59,860 bases of DNA from Promethearchaeota archaeon (GTDB taxonomy: Archaea; Asgardarchaeota; Lokiarchaeia; Sigyniarchaeales; SOKP01). The stretch is from the NCBI GenBank assembly GCA_019894975.1, contig JAGXNO010000021.1:1-59860 (forward strand). Direction: 5' to 3'. Every line of letters starts with the position of its first letter. Position 1 is the first letter of the stretch. The position numbers and the translations under genes were made by a program. Below are positions 1 to 10,201 of this stretch, piece by piece. The notes beneath the pieces are model-generated. The model was not told the origin of the DNA. It worked only from the letters and a program-made list of their open reading frames with translations, and did not search any database.

Positions 1-133
1 GGCCAAGTGATGTTCTGACTGCTTCAGCGATCACAATTGCAGCAGCAATGTTATTTGACATAGCATCTCTGCCACGCGTTCTTTCAGTGCCTTCTTTCAT
101 TATAAATATAGGTGTTCCGCCTAATTGTGCCAT
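1..133 (-). CDS. Thermosome (group II chaperonin) subunit, N-terminal part; runs off the window
   Basis: Manual translation [44 protein letters not shown] is the typical thermosome N-terminus. Confidence 0.93.
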   Translation of the reverse strand, partial: MAQLGGTPIFIMKEGTERTRGRDAMSNNIAAAIVIAEAVRTSLG

Positions 134-346
134 TTTTTTTCACTTTTTGTTAATTTAATATTGAATTATATTTTTGATATAATAATTTCTATATATAGAT
201 CTCTAAGTCATAAAATTAAAAAAGTTTACGAATTATGGGAAAACCAGAAAAAATTTAATAATTGGAGCAAAACATGGTTTAAGAAATCTTTACAGTAATG
301 TAAAATTAAAATGTTTAGAAACTGGTTTGAAGATATTAGTTTTGAA

Positions 347-508
347 TTATTTTGTAAGTTCTCTTCTTTTTGGTCTTAGATCTTTACTAAAACATCGCCG
401 GCATTTTTTAGCTTTAACTGGGTTTAAAGAACCACATTTCCGACAAACGCTTTTCTCCAATAAATGATATCGAGCAATTCTTCGTTTCACAGGATCGTCA
501 ATCGGCAT
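347..508 (-). CDS. rpl40e: 50S ribosomal protein eL40 (L40e), 53 aa; not in the ORF track
   Basis: MPIDDPVKRRIARYHLLEKSVCRKCGSLNPVKAKKCRRCFSKDLRPKRRELTK; CxxC/CRRC zinc ribbon and LRPK motif. Confidence 0.93.
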   Translation of the reverse strand: MPIDDPVKRRIARYHLLEKSVCRKCGSLNPVKAKKCRRCFSKDLRPKRRELTK

Positions 509-700
509 TTTTTTTCAGCTTTCCTCTGCTTAAGGTTTTCTAAGAACTAATATTGATTTAAAAAAGATAAGAATAAATTCAAAAACACATCATTCAAAAT
601 AAAATTTTTGATTAAATTATTGTACAATATGATAAAATTAAAATTCTATAGTAAATAGATCTATTCAACGATTACATAATCAAAAGTTAGTTGAATTACT

Positions 701-895
701 ATGCCCATAGAAATTTTTGATGAGGAAAAATTTATAGAATTATCTGAATTTGCAGTTCATTGTAGGGTTAAACGCTTGAAAGAAGTAGTTAAATTGAAAC
801 TTAGAACAAAAAAAATCCTCTATACTTTTAAGACAGATCCAACAACAGCAGAAAGGCTTCTAAGGAGTATTCCCTGTGATGTAATTGAGTTATAA
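701..895 (+). CDS. rpl38e: Ribosomal protein eL38 (L38e)
   Basis: 64 aa; VKLKLRTKKILYT matches the eL38 K.K.R..+.LYT pattern. Confidence 0.85.
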   Translation: MPIEIFDEEKFIELSEFAVHCRVKRLKEVVKLKLRTKKILYTFKTDPTTAERLLRSIPCDVIEL

Positions 896-1056
896 AAACA
901 ATATTACAAACTCATTCTTTGAAAATCTTATTACGACCTATCTTAAATCTGCTTAATTATCTATTTTTGAAAAAGATAATTATAAATTTTACAATTAAGA
1001 TATAGTAGATATAGCATACTACAATTCCAAATTTTCGAAAGAAGAAAATCACTACT

Positions 1057-1977
1057 ATGATCCAATCCGTGTATCTATTTCAAACAAATACAACGAAACT
1101 ATTATATAATAAGAATTTTCAAAGCGATGAAAAGATGGAAATGTTTAGTTCTTTTTTCTCTGCTCTTCAAACATTTGTTTCTGAGTTAACAGCCAGTAGC
1201 ACTGAAACATTGAATAAAATTGAGTTAGGAGAATATTTTGTACTAATTTCAAGAATTTCTGAAATAGCTTCAGACTTAGTGATAATTATTGATAATGAAG
1301 ATATGAAGGAAGCTCAGAAGTTGATCCCTAAGATTATTAAGCTTTTAAAGATGCATGAGGATTTATTTAATAATTGGGATCAAGAACCAGAGAAGTTTCA
1401 ATCATTTGATTTAGATATCATAAAGTTAATTTCATCTAGTAAAAAATTGATTTCTGAATCATCTTTAACAGTCAACCAGAGTTCCATATTAAAATCAATA
1501 TGGGAACAAAAGGGAGCCCTTTCTGAACAGTTGAGACAAAATCTGCTACAGGAAAAAGAAGAACTTAAAGCAAAATATTCCGTTGAGAATAATTACATCA
1601 AAAAATATGAATTCTGTAAAAAATTAATCGAGATTTCAGAAAAACTTCGTGATGACGAGAAATTTATTAAGTTTCAAACAGAAGCAAAATCGTTAAGGGA
1701 TGAAATTAAAGATAGAAGACTAAGATTACAATACTATTTAGATATGATGAAAGAATCTCTACGATTAACAAAATATGCTGAAACGTATTCATATCTCTAT
1801 TCCCTTTGTTTAAAGCTTGAAAATTTTACTGACCCTGATATCATTGAGAAATATAAAGTAATAGCTAAAACTGTACTAAATAGAGAAAAAGTATCTAAAG
1901 TAGAATTTAGAACGGCTATCAGGGAAATTACAATGATTGAAGATGAAATAAACGAGAACCTAGCATATAAATTGTAA
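1057..1977 (+). CDS. Hypothetical protein with N-terminal longin/roadblock-like domain and helical C-terminus
   Basis: Beta strands followed by the MFSSFFSALQTFVSEL helix seen in Asgard longin-like proteins. Confidence 0.5.
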   Translation: MIQSVYLFQTNTTKLLYNKNFQSDEKMEMFSSFFSALQTFVSELTASSTETLNKIELGEYFVLISRISEIASDLVIIIDNEDMKEAQKLIPKIIKLLKMHEDLFNNWDQEPEKFQSFDLDIIKLISSSKKLISESSLTVNQSSILKSIWEQKGALSEQLRQNLLQEKEELKAKYSVENNYIKKYEFCKKLIEISEKLRDDEKFIKFQTEAKSLRDEIKDRRLRLQYYLDMMKESLRLTKYAETYSYLYSLCLKLENFTDPDIIEKYKVIAKTVLNREKVSKVEFRTAIREITMIEDEINENLAYKL

Positions 1978-2170
1978 AATCTCTTCTTAATATATGTTCT
2001 AATAAAGATTTGATAGGATTGAAAGACAATGATCGTATTTAAAAGAAGAATTTAAGAATCTTTATCACAAAATTAATTAAACATAATTAATAGATCACAA
2101 TAGTAATAGCTCTACTAAACTTTTTTAGGGAATAATTTTTAATCGATCTTTTCACTCGAGTTTAAATCTT

Positions 2171-2686
2171 ATGAGAGTTCTTCCTGCTGATAAAACTTGT
2201 ATAAATTCTGGTTTCTTATGTACCAATTGTCAGGCTAGACTTGATGCGGGTGAAATAACAGAGTTTGAAATTGATTTAACCAAGGATCTCTTGGAATTGG
2301 AAGAAGTCAATGAGAATTTTGCATTTTTAAAAAAAATTTCTTTTTATAAAGCCATTGATTATGAAGATCTCTTAATTCTTATAGTTGGGAAAAGAGATAA
2401 ATTAATATTTTCCTCAGAGTTATTAAATTGGATAAAAGAAACGTATGAAGTAGACGATATTATACTAGTTGGCAAAACTGATAAACCTCGTCCAGTTATA
2501 GAAGCATTAATCAATCCTTATACGCTGATCTCTTTAAATGAAATCTTTTTAGCAACAGGAGATGTTCAATTTAGAGCAGTTCTATGGGAAGAAGATAGAG
2601 AGAAATTTTTGTTTACCAAAGAGGAACTTGAACAATTGATTTATGAACTAACGGGAAAAATTACTCGTGTAGAGTTTCAACAATAA
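2171..2686 (+). CDS. Archaeal NusA-like KH-domain protein with N-terminal Cys cluster
   Basis: C..SGFLC..C N-terminus and ELTGKITRVEF C-terminus. Confidence 0.65.
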   Translation: MRVLPADKTCINSGFLCTNCQARLDAGEITEFEIDLTKDLLELEEVNENFAFLKKISFYKAIDYEDLLILIVGKRDKLIFSSELLNWIKETYEVDDIILVGKTDKPRPVIEALINPYTLISLNEIFLATGDVQFRAVLWEEDREKFLFTKEELEQLIYELTGKITRVEFQQ

Positions 2687-2733
2687 TCAATAATTTTTAA
2701 TTAATCCTATTCCTACTAATTAATAGAAATACT

Positions 2734-3090
2734 GTGGAAGAATATAAACAAGTAATTTTAGTTAGAACAGATTTAAAAATGAGTACAGGAAAAAAGTGTG
2801 CTCAATCATGTCATGCAAGCCTTTCGGCTTCAGATATGGTACGTATTCAAAATAAAGGATTTTGGAAATCGTGGAAAAATTCAGGGCAGAAAAAAGTTGT
2901 TCTTAAAGTAAGCACCTTAGAACAATTAACAGAAGTGGTGAAAAAATTAAAATCTAATAAAATCCCTTATTTCGTTGTAAAGGATGCAGGACTCACTCAA
3001 CTATCACCAGGTACAACCACTGCGGTTGGGATTGGTCCTGATCTATCAGAGGAAATTGATAAGATTACGGGAGATCTTAAATTATTATAA
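2734..3090 (+). CDS. pth2: Peptidyl-tRNA hydrolase Pth2
   Basis: [36 protein letters not shown] and GIGP motifs. Confidence 0.95.
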   Translation: MEEYKQVILVRTDLKMSTGKKCAQSCHASLSASDMVRIQNKGFWKSWKNSGQKKVVLKVSTLEQLTEVVKKLKSNKIPYFVVKDAGLTQLSPGTTTAVGIGPDLSEEIDKITGDLKLL

Positions 3091-3115
3091 TTGTAAAAAC
3101 TTAGGATAAAGAAAA

Positions 3116-4507
3116 TTGTTAGATCAAGACATTAATAATATTACTTATTCTTTCAGTAAAAATAATGAAAAAGAAGTAGAGCAATTTGTTGGAATTGAGA
3201 ATTATGCGACGTATAAAACTAAGGGTTTTAAGGGGGAGTATAAAACTCTCTATAAAGATTTTATTGTGAAAGAAATAGATGCTAATGGGAAAATTCTCAG
3301 TTTAAAAGAAAATAGAAGAAGCTCGAGTTTTTCAAATGAATTAAACGATAGATATACCACATTTAATTTAACTAAGATTAACAGAGATACTTTTGAAGCA
3401 GTTAGAAAACTTAGCAAAGCCCTCAATGTACCGTATAGTTCGATACATTATTCAGGATTAAAAGATAAACAAGCTATTTCTGTTCAAAAAATTTCAATTA
3501 GAGGAAATTATATTAAAGAATTAAAAACCCTAAAGATAAGAGATCTTTTTGTAAGAAATATTTATCCTTCAAAAAAACCGGTTAAATTAGGGAGCCATTT
3601 AGGTAATCATTTTACGATAACAATGAGAAACCTTGAGAATATCAATAATCTTAGACAAAGAATTGCTAAAAGTTTAAAATTTTTAAACACCTTTGGGTTT
3701 CCTAATTATTTTGGTCTTCAACGATTTGGAACTTATAGGCCAAATTCACATATAGTTGGACAATTAATCTTAAAAGGCGATTATGAAAATGCATTCAAAG
3801 AATATGTTTCAACAACTTATTCTACGGAATCTGATGAATCGAGGAGAGTAAGAAGTGATTTCAGAAAGGATGGAGATTTGAAAAACGCTTTCGATAATTT
3901 TCCTAGAATCTTAAAATATGAACGAACGATGATTCAATTTTTACTAGAAAATGAAAAGGATTATCAAGGAGCTATAGAAACCTTGCCAAAGGATTTGATA
4001 AGGTTGTTAATAAGCTCATTTCAATCATATTTATTTAATAGAATGCTCTCTACAAGAGTAAAAAAGGGTATATCCTTGTTTAAACCAGTGAAAGGAGATG
4101 TCATTGCTATTCTGGATGATTACAATGGAAATATAACTAAAGTTAAGTATATCTATGGGGAAAACTATGATAAGTTTGTGAAGAAAGCTCTAAAATTAGA
4201 TCGAGCCACTGTGGTCTTACCAATCATTGGAAGTACTACAAATCTAGATAATTTTCCTCTAATGAAAACCATATTTAAAGATCTATGTAACATAGAGAAT
4301 ATAGACACTAAAATCTTTATCAGTGAACATATTGATGGGAATGATTTTAAAGGAACCATTAGAGCTATGACTATCAAACCGCATGGATTAAAAATGGTAG
4401 AATTTACTGATGACGAACTAAAGGAAGGTAAAATAAAAGTTACAATTGAATTTTCACTTCAAAAAGGCAGTTATGCTACAATGTTATTAAGGGAACTTAA
4501 TAAATAA
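3116..4507 (+). CDS. truD: tRNA pseudouridine(13) synthase TruD/Pus7
   Basis: GLKDKQAISVQ, LGNHF, GFPNYFGLQRFG and GSYATMLLRE motifs. Confidence 0.95.
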   Translation: MLDQDINNITYSFSKNNEKEVEQFVGIENYATYKTKGFKGEYKTLYKDFIVKEIDANGKILSLKENRRSSSFSNELNDRYTTFNLTKINRDTFEAVRKLSKALNVPYSSIHYSGLKDKQAISVQKISIRGNYIKELKTLKIRDLFVRNIYPSKKPVKLGSHLGNHFTITMRNLENINNLRQRIAKSLKFLNTFGFPNYFGLQRFGTYRPNSHIVGQLILKGDYENAFKEYVSTTYSTESDESRRVRSDFRKDGDLKNAFDNFPRILKYERTMIQFLLENEKDYQGAIETLPKDLIRLLISSFQSYLFNRMLSTRVKKGISLFKPVKGDVIAILDDYNGNITKVKYIYGENYDKFVKKALKLDRATVVLPIIGSTTNLDNFPLMKTIFKDLCNIENIDTKIFISEHIDGNDFKGTIRAMTIKPHGLKMVEFTDDELKEGKIKVTIEFSLQKGSYATMLLRELNK

Positions 4508-4509
4508 AC

Positions 4510-5994
4510 TCAAATGTTAATTGTATAAGAATTTTGAGTTACAGTTCCAAAAATATCAATTAACTTGATTGATAGATTATATAATCCATTTTGTTCATAG
4601 TTATATGGCGTTGATTTTAATTTTAATTCTCTCTTTTTCCCAGAACGAAAAGAAAACCACATATTGTTGAATAAATTATCTTCGAAATCATAATCTATGG
4701 CCCAGTAATCGATAAAATCTGAGAATGATATGATTTTATCCCTTATTTCTCTAGAGATTAATTTTTGATAAGGGAGGTTGTAGTCTAAGAGCTCGACAAT
4801 TACAGTTTTATTATTTTGTTGTAGATCTATGCGTAGTTCTGGCAAATTTTGAGAAGTATAAACAGGCTCAATTTGAATCCCTTTTTTTAAAAAATCCTTT
4901 GAAATAAATTCAGTGTTGTCTTCCTTGCTTAGAGAGAGGACTCTAAAAGAATGAGGTTTTCTATTATAATTTTCCTTCCATTTTAGAATATTATTACTCT
5001 CACCTATATTGAGAATTCTTTTTCGAGACATATGTATAGTATGTTTATTTATATCCGTTCCAATCCAACGCCTTCTTAACTTTTCTGCGACCGCTAGAGT
5101 AGTACCTGAGCCACAAAAGAAATCTGCTATAATATCGTTTTCATTTGTTGACGCTAAAATTATTCTTCGGAGTAACCGTTCCGGTTTTTGGGTAGAAAAC
5201 CCTTGATATTCCTTAGTATTTGCTCTTATATAAGGTATATCATTCCAGACGTCTCTGGGAAAAATTCCTTCTTGTTGTACATAAACCTTCCTTGATAACT
5301 TCTTTCCATTATGACTTCCTCCTCGATAATAAAATATTCCCTCTTCATCTTTCTTTAAAGCGTTTTTAACTCGATTAGAATACTCCATATATATGTTTGG
5401 GTCATCGTTAAAAATGTAATCATCCGAATTTGAATAAAATAGGATAGTATCATAAGATCTAATGAAAAAACGTCTTGTTTTTACAGAAGCAGCAGGATAT
5501 GCCCAAATTATTTCATTCCTAAAGTTATCAATACCGAAAATTTCATCCAATATTAATTTTATATAGTGAGAGATATGCCAGTCTAAATGAACATAAATTG
5601 AACCATTAGGTTTTAATAATTGTCTCATTTTAACAAGCCTATTATATAAAAACTCTAAATAGGAATCTAATCCTTTTTCCCACTTATCCTTATAGGCTAC
5701 TTTATCTATTGACTTTCCATGCTCACCTATTTGAATCTTAAAATTAAAATCTCCTCCAGTGGCAAAGGGAGGGTCAATGTAAATAAGAGAAACTTGTTTT
5801 TCAAATTTGGGCATTATAGAGTTTAGTATTGCTTCATTTTCACCCCAAATAAGTAGGTTATACCAGAGGTCTTTTTCTAAATGACCATAATCAGAAGAGG
5901 GGTAAACATCAAGAGTATGGAAAGGTTTTATATTTTCTAATCCTAATTTGTTTTTTTCACTTACTTTCTTTCCTTCCCAATCCAAATTTGCCAT
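4510..5994 (-). CDS. Site-specific DNA methyltransferase (beta-class N6A/N4C, Mod-like)
   Basis: IYIDPPF catalytic motif precedes DFFCGSGTT SAM motif; TQKPERLLRRII. Likely start MANLDW at 5994, since the longer ORF overlaps aspS. Confidence 0.9.
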   Translation of the reverse strand: MANLDWEGKKVSEKNKLGLENIKPFHTLDVYPSSDYGHLEKDLWYNLLIWGENEAILNSIMPKFEKQVSLIYIDPPFATGGDFNFKIQIGEHGKSIDKVAYKDKWEKGLDSYLEFLYNRLVKMRQLLKPNGSIYVHLDWHISHYIKLILDEIFGIDNFRNEIIWAYPAASVKTRRFFIRSYDTILFYSNSDDYIFNDDPNIYMEYSNRVKNALKKDEEGIFYYRGGSHNGKKLSRKVYVQQEGIFPRDVWNDIPYIRANTKEYQGFSTQKPERLLRRIILASTNENDIIADFFCGSGTTLAVAEKLRRRWIGTDINKHTIHMSRKRILNIGESNNILKWKENYNRKPHSFRVLSLSKEDNTEFISKDFLKKGIQIEPVYTSQNLPELRIDLQQNNKTVIVELLDYNLPYQKLISREIRDKIISFSDFIDYWAIDYDFEDNLFNNMWFSFRSGKKRELKLKSTPYNYEQNGLYNLSIKLIDIFGTVTQNSYTINI

Positions 5995-6079
5995 AAATAA
6001 TAGATAGGAAACCAAAAATTTTATTTTTTCTTTAATTTTATAAATTATATTCGTATAATTATTTACAACTTTAAAGAAA

Positions 6080-7411
6080 ATGTTATTAGATAAACTTGGC
6101 AATTGGAGAAAAACTCATTACACGAAAGATGTTACACCAGAATTAGTTGACAATGAAATAATTTTAGGTGGATGGGTTCGAAATTTTCGAGATTTAGGTG
6201 GTTTAAAATTTATTTCATTACAGGATAAATATGGAGAACGACAAATTACTGTAAAAAAAGGTGTAGTATCTGATGAGTTATTTGAAAAAACTAAAGTTGG
6301 ATACCAGTACTGCTTAATGGTAAAAGGTACAGTTAAAAAGTTTAATTCTGCTCCTGGGGGAATCGAAATAATTCCTTCAGAAATAAAGATATTAAATAAA
6401 ACACCTGAAAAACTCCCAATAGACATGACAGGAGAAACAATTTCAGAATTAGATCTTAGGTTAAATAACAGAGCATTAGATTTAAGATCTCTGAGAAATC
6501 AAGCTGTTTTTGAAATCAGAGGTGAAATGCTTAGAACTATTAGAAGTTTTTTGCTTGAAAGAGCTTTTTCTGAAGTGAGCACTCCTAAAATTATAGGCTC
6601 AGCCACAGAAGGGGGTACGGAATTATTCCCTATTATGTTTTTTGAAAGAGAAGCATTCTTGACTCAATCTGCTCAACTATATAAAGAGCAACTTAGTGGG
6701 ATCTATGAAAGAGTATTTGAACTCAGTGATTGTTTTCGAGCTGAAAAAAGTCGTACAAAAAGGCACTTATGTGAAATCTTTACTTTAGATGTGGAGATGG
6801 CATTTGTTACCATGGATGATGTAATGACTTTATTAGAAAAATTAGTGCACAATGTTATAAAGGATTTAAGAGAAAATAAAATGGGAGAATTAAAAATCCT
6901 AAAGATGGAAAATATGACAGAATTGCCTGAATTACCATTTCCAAGATACAGATATGAAGAAATTATTAATCTCATTAATGATAAACTTGGATTAGATCTT
7001 GAATTCGGGGAAGATCCTGGAAAGCTTACATCTGAAGCTTACAGAAAATTAGGAGAAGAATTATCAGGCTATTACTATATTACTCATTGGCCAATGTCAA
7101 TTAAACCATTTTATATAATGCCATCAGAAGATCCTAAATACAGTGAGTCCTTTGACTTACAAAAAGGAATGTTAGAACTAACTTCTGGGGGTACTAGAGT
7201 TCATAATAAGGTACAATTAGAGGATGCCTTGGAATCTAAAGGATTAAATCCTATTTCTTTTGAATCACATATTAAGACATTTGATTATGGAATGCCTCCT
7301 CATGCAGGATTTGGATTGGGAATTGATCGATGGCTTACTATTTTATGTGGATTAGATGATATACGAGAAGCGGTAATGTATCCAAGAACACCAGATAGAT
7401 TAACTCCATAG
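6080..7411 (+). CDS. aspS: Aspartyl-tRNA synthetase, archaeal type
   Basis: OB-fold N-terminus, EGGTELF, FRAEKSRTKRHL, PPHAGFGLGIDR, PRTPDRLTP. Confidence 0.95.
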   Translation: MLLDKLGNWRKTHYTKDVTPELVDNEIILGGWVRNFRDLGGLKFISLQDKYGERQITVKKGVVSDELFEKTKVGYQYCLMVKGTVKKFNSAPGGIEIIPSEIKILNKTPEKLPIDMTGETISELDLRLNNRALDLRSLRNQAVFEIRGEMLRTIRSFLLERAFSEVSTPKIIGSATEGGTELFPIMFFEREAFLTQSAQLYKEQLSGIYERVFELSDCFRAEKSRTKRHLCEIFTLDVEMAFVTMDDVMTLLEKLVHNVIKDLRENKMGELKILKMENMTELPELPFPRYRYEEIINLINDKLGLDLEFGEDPGKLTSEAYRKLGEELSGYYYITHWPMSIKPFYIMPSEDPKYSESFDLQKGMLELTSGGTRVHNKVQLEDALESKGLNPISFESHIKTFDYGMPPHAGFGLGIDRWLTILCGLDDIREAVMYPRTPDRLTP

Positions 7412-7442
7412 TTAGCATTCAAAAGGTATTTGTATTGGGCTT

Positions 7443-8360
7443 ATGACAGAAATACAACTTGATGATTATATAAAAGCAGGAAGAGGAGTTATTGCAGCGA
7501 AGAGATTAGCTAAAAGAATTGTTAATCCCGGAGTGCTTTTCTTAGAAATTGCAAATAGATGTGAGGAAGAAGTTATTAAAAGTGGATGTGAATTATCCTT
7601 TCCAATCAATATGTCCTTGGATGAAGTAGCTGCCCACTACAGTCCCCCCATTGATGATGAAATGAAGGTTCCTGAAAAAGGATTATTAAAAATCGATATT
7701 GGCGCTCATTTCAATGGTTATATTGCAGATTCTGCCTTTACTATTAATCTTGATGAAGATCCCAAACTTCAAAATTATGTATATGCTGCTAAAGAGGCAT
7801 TGGATGCGGCTATTGAACTTTTTAATCCTGGAATTAAATTATATGAACTAGGAGAAGCAATTGCTCAAAAAATTATGAATAGGGGATTAAGACCAATAAC
7901 TAATTTAGGTGGTCATGAGTTAAAACAATTTAATCTGCATGCAGGACCATTCATTCCAAATTATAAAGAAAAACTACATGATCAAATATTAAAAAAGGGC
8001 GATGCTTATGCTTGTGAACCGTTTGCTACATCTGGGGGGGGTAAAGTTGAAAATGGAATACATTCATATATCTATCGTTTTGTTAAAAGAGTAAAAAAAA
8101 ATATACCTTACGAAGACCAAGGATATATGAATAAAATCGAGAAGAATTTTAGCCAACTACCTTTTTCTCCTCGATGGATTGAAAAAAAAAATTTAATACC
8201 TAAAAATAAAATAGAAAGAACCATAAAAACATTTCTAGGAAGGAAGATCTTAGATAAATACCCCATTTTAATAGAAAAGAGTAGAGAACCCGTTGCTCAA
8301 GAAGAACACACAATAGTATTGGATATGGATGGGAATAAAATTGTCACTACCAGAGAATAA
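7443..8360 (+). CDS. map: Methionine aminopeptidase type II
   Basis: AAHYSP, KIDIGAHFNGYIADSA, NLGGH, EPFAT and EHT metal ligands. Confidence 0.95.
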   Translation: MTEIQLDDYIKAGRGVIAAKRLAKRIVNPGVLFLEIANRCEEEVIKSGCELSFPINMSLDEVAAHYSPPIDDEMKVPEKGLLKIDIGAHFNGYIADSAFTINLDEDPKLQNYVYAAKEALDAAIELFNPGIKLYELGEAIAQKIMNRGLRPITNLGGHELKQFNLHAGPFIPNYKEKLHDQILKKGDAYACEPFATSGGGKVENGIHSYIYRFVKRVKKNIPYEDQGYMNKIEKNFSQLPFSPRWIEKKNLIPKNKIERTIKTFLGRKILDKYPILIEKSREPVAQEEHTIVLDMDGNKIVTTRE

Positions 8361-9168
8361 ACTTGAAGGAAAAATATCTGCCATTATATTATGTGCTGGT
8401 GAAGGCAAAAGAATTAGTGGTTTTATTCAAAACATCCCCAAACCTTTGATTAATATAAAAGAAAAACCTCTTCTAATGCATATAATCTCAAATTTAAATA
8501 TAAAATTGCTTAAATCTATTATTATAATAACAGGACATCTAGGAGATGAGATTGAACAGTATGTCTCTTCAATTGAAAAGACAAATATTTCTCTCTACGA
8601 AAAAATAAAACTCATAGACTCAGGTGAAAATTATAAGAAGGGACCATTGTATTCTTTTCTTTCAATTACGATCGATAGAACGATCCTCAGAAGAAATAAA
8701 ATCTTTTTACTTATTCCAGGCGACACTTACTTCAACCCAGATATATTCCCCGAAATTTTTGATAAAATCTTAAGAGCTTTTGATGCATTTAAAACAAAAT
8801 CACTTATTTTCTATCAGAAAATACAGGGGAATCTCTTAAAATCAAAAGCAGACTATGAAAAGCGAATCTCAATTGTCAAGCTTGAACAGTTAAAATCAGA
8901 AGAAATTATTAAAGAAATTATACAAAAAAAAATATTTGAAATTGATGATGATGAAGAAGTCAATCAAATCCTTCCAATTATAGCATTCAATTATAAATTT
9001 GTTAATAGAATTATAGATGCAGAAAAAGAAATTTCTGTGAGTACAATCAGAGAAGCTGTTAACTATATTATCCAACAAAAAAAACATGTTTTTCATGCGA
9101 TTCCTATTAAATCTCACCATGAATTCTTTGATATCGATACGCAATCAGATTTAATAAATATTAGCTAA
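8329..9168 (+). CDS. Sugar-phosphate nucleotidyltransferase family protein
   Basis: AIILCAGEGKRI..IPKPL and FFDIDT motifs. Confidence 0.8.
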   Translation: MGIKLSLPENKLEGKISAIILCAGEGKRISGFIQNIPKPLINIKEKPLLMHIISNLNIKLLKSIIIITGHLGDEIEQYVSSIEKTNISLYEKIKLIDSGENYKKGPLYSFLSITIDRTILRRNKIFLLIPGDTYFNPDIFPEIFDKILRAFDAFKTKSLIFYQKIQGNLLKSKADYEKRISIVKLEQLKSEEIIKEIIQKKIFEIDDDEEVNQILPIIAFNYKFVNRIIDAEKEISVSTIREAVNYIIQQKKHVFHAIPIKSHHEFFDIDTQSDLINIS

Positions 9169-9176
9169 GAAAAAGA
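9169..9176 (-). terminator. U-rich terminator of the large ncRNA
   Basis: Minus strand reads UCUUUUUC immediately after the terminal stem. Confidence 0.5.
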
Positions 9177-9690
9177 GGACAATAGATGCTCCGATAATTC
9201 ATAGTATATTTGATTCAACGTAATTTATATATTGAAATCCCATGAAACATTTTTGTAATCGACACTTTCATTATTGAGAATCTTTTAATTAACACAATAG
9301 ATGTTATAGATTTAGTGTCTCGTGTATTTTTAATTTAAACTCAATTTTCGCAACCTAATCTTCAATGTGTTAAAGTTTCGAAGGATAGTCTTACTAAATA
9401 TACAAATCCGAAGCATTACTTAAACAACTGCTCCAAAGTGCTATCTGTAGTAATTGTATCACAGAAGCTAAAGAAATGTTAAATCTTCTGTATTTTTGTT
9501 TAAAGCACTGTAGGAACATTAACTATGTTTGAAATTTTTACTAAAATATGATGTACTTCTTAAACTCGCTTATATTGAAAATAAAATATTGTCGGCAAAA
9601 AAGGAATCAGCGCATATGGAGTAAACAACTTAATTTGTGTTTGAACCGTAATAACGTATCTAATTCCAATGCAATATTGACCTATTGTCC
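9177..9690 (-). ncRNA. Large structured non-coding RNA (~514 nt), OLE-like
   Basis: Terminal stem GGACAAUAG/CUAUUGUCC, at least 8 internal helices, upstream TATA box, downstream U-tract, no credible ORF. Motifs UUACGGUUC, UUUUGCCGA and UAAGCGAGU resemble OLE RNA as recalled. Confidence 0.75.
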
Positions 9691-9713
9691 AACTAAATAT
9701 ATGAAATTTTGAA

Positions 9714-9721
9714 TATATAAA
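9714..9721 (-). promoter_or_regulatory. TATA box of the ncRNA
   Basis: TTTATATA on the minus strand 24-31 nt upstream of the predicted 5' G at 9690. Confidence 0.6.
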
Positions 9722-9807
9722 TCTTGTTATTAACGTTAATAAAAAATGCATCTTTAATTTGTTAATTAAAATAATATAAATATCTGTAATTACATTATTT
9801 ATAGAGT

Positions 9808-10197
9808 ATGAATAGTGATACAGGTATTATTGCCATAGAAATTGAATTATCCGGAATTGGTACAGTGGGTGGAGAAATTATCAGGCATATCGCCCCCCTT
9901 ACAGCAGACGTAATCATTGGAAAATTACCAATTAATAAGAGAGGAAGATTCAGTTTTGGTTCTAAGAATTATTGGACTCTCCCGGGTATGGGAATATACA
10001 AAGGTCCAAATCGAAAATCATTAAAAGATGTAGAAAAAGGAGACATTATATATAATCCTAAAACTGATGAATTGATAATACTTATTGAAAATACACAAAT
10101 GCCCAATAAAGTCAATAAAGTTGGAAAAGTGAATTCAAATCTAGAATTATTACTTAAAGGAAGAAATGGATTGAATACGAGAATACGAAAATCTTAA
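9808..10197 (+). CDS. Cyclophilin-like fold protein (TM1367/DUF369-like)
   Basis: RHIAPLT..I..KLP, VEKGDIIYNP and VNKVGKV patterns. Confidence 0.7.
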   Translation: MNSDTGIIAIEIELSGIGTVGGEIIRHIAPLTADVIIGKLPINKRGRFSFGSKNYWTLPGMGIYKGPNRKSLKDVEKGDIIYNPKTDELIILIENTQMPNKVNKVGKVNSNLELLLKGRNGLNTRIRKS

Positions 10198-10201
10198 TAA
10201 T

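Noticed and set aside
7022-7043. AAGCTTACA direct repeat in aspS
   Set aside because: Short and the reading frame is intact; no BHB seen; likely chance or a micro-duplication
9177-9690. RNase P RNA, SRP RNA or a MITE as the identity of the element
   Set aside because: No GAGGAAAGUCC or AACAGAA..GGCUUA RNase P motifs; too long and AT-rich for SRP; no evident target-site duplication, and the promoter, terminator and nested helices fit an RNA gene better
9560-9751. 63-aa minus-strand ORF
   Set aside because: No recognisable motifs; it spans the TATA box and 5' part of the structured RNA, so it is probably spurious
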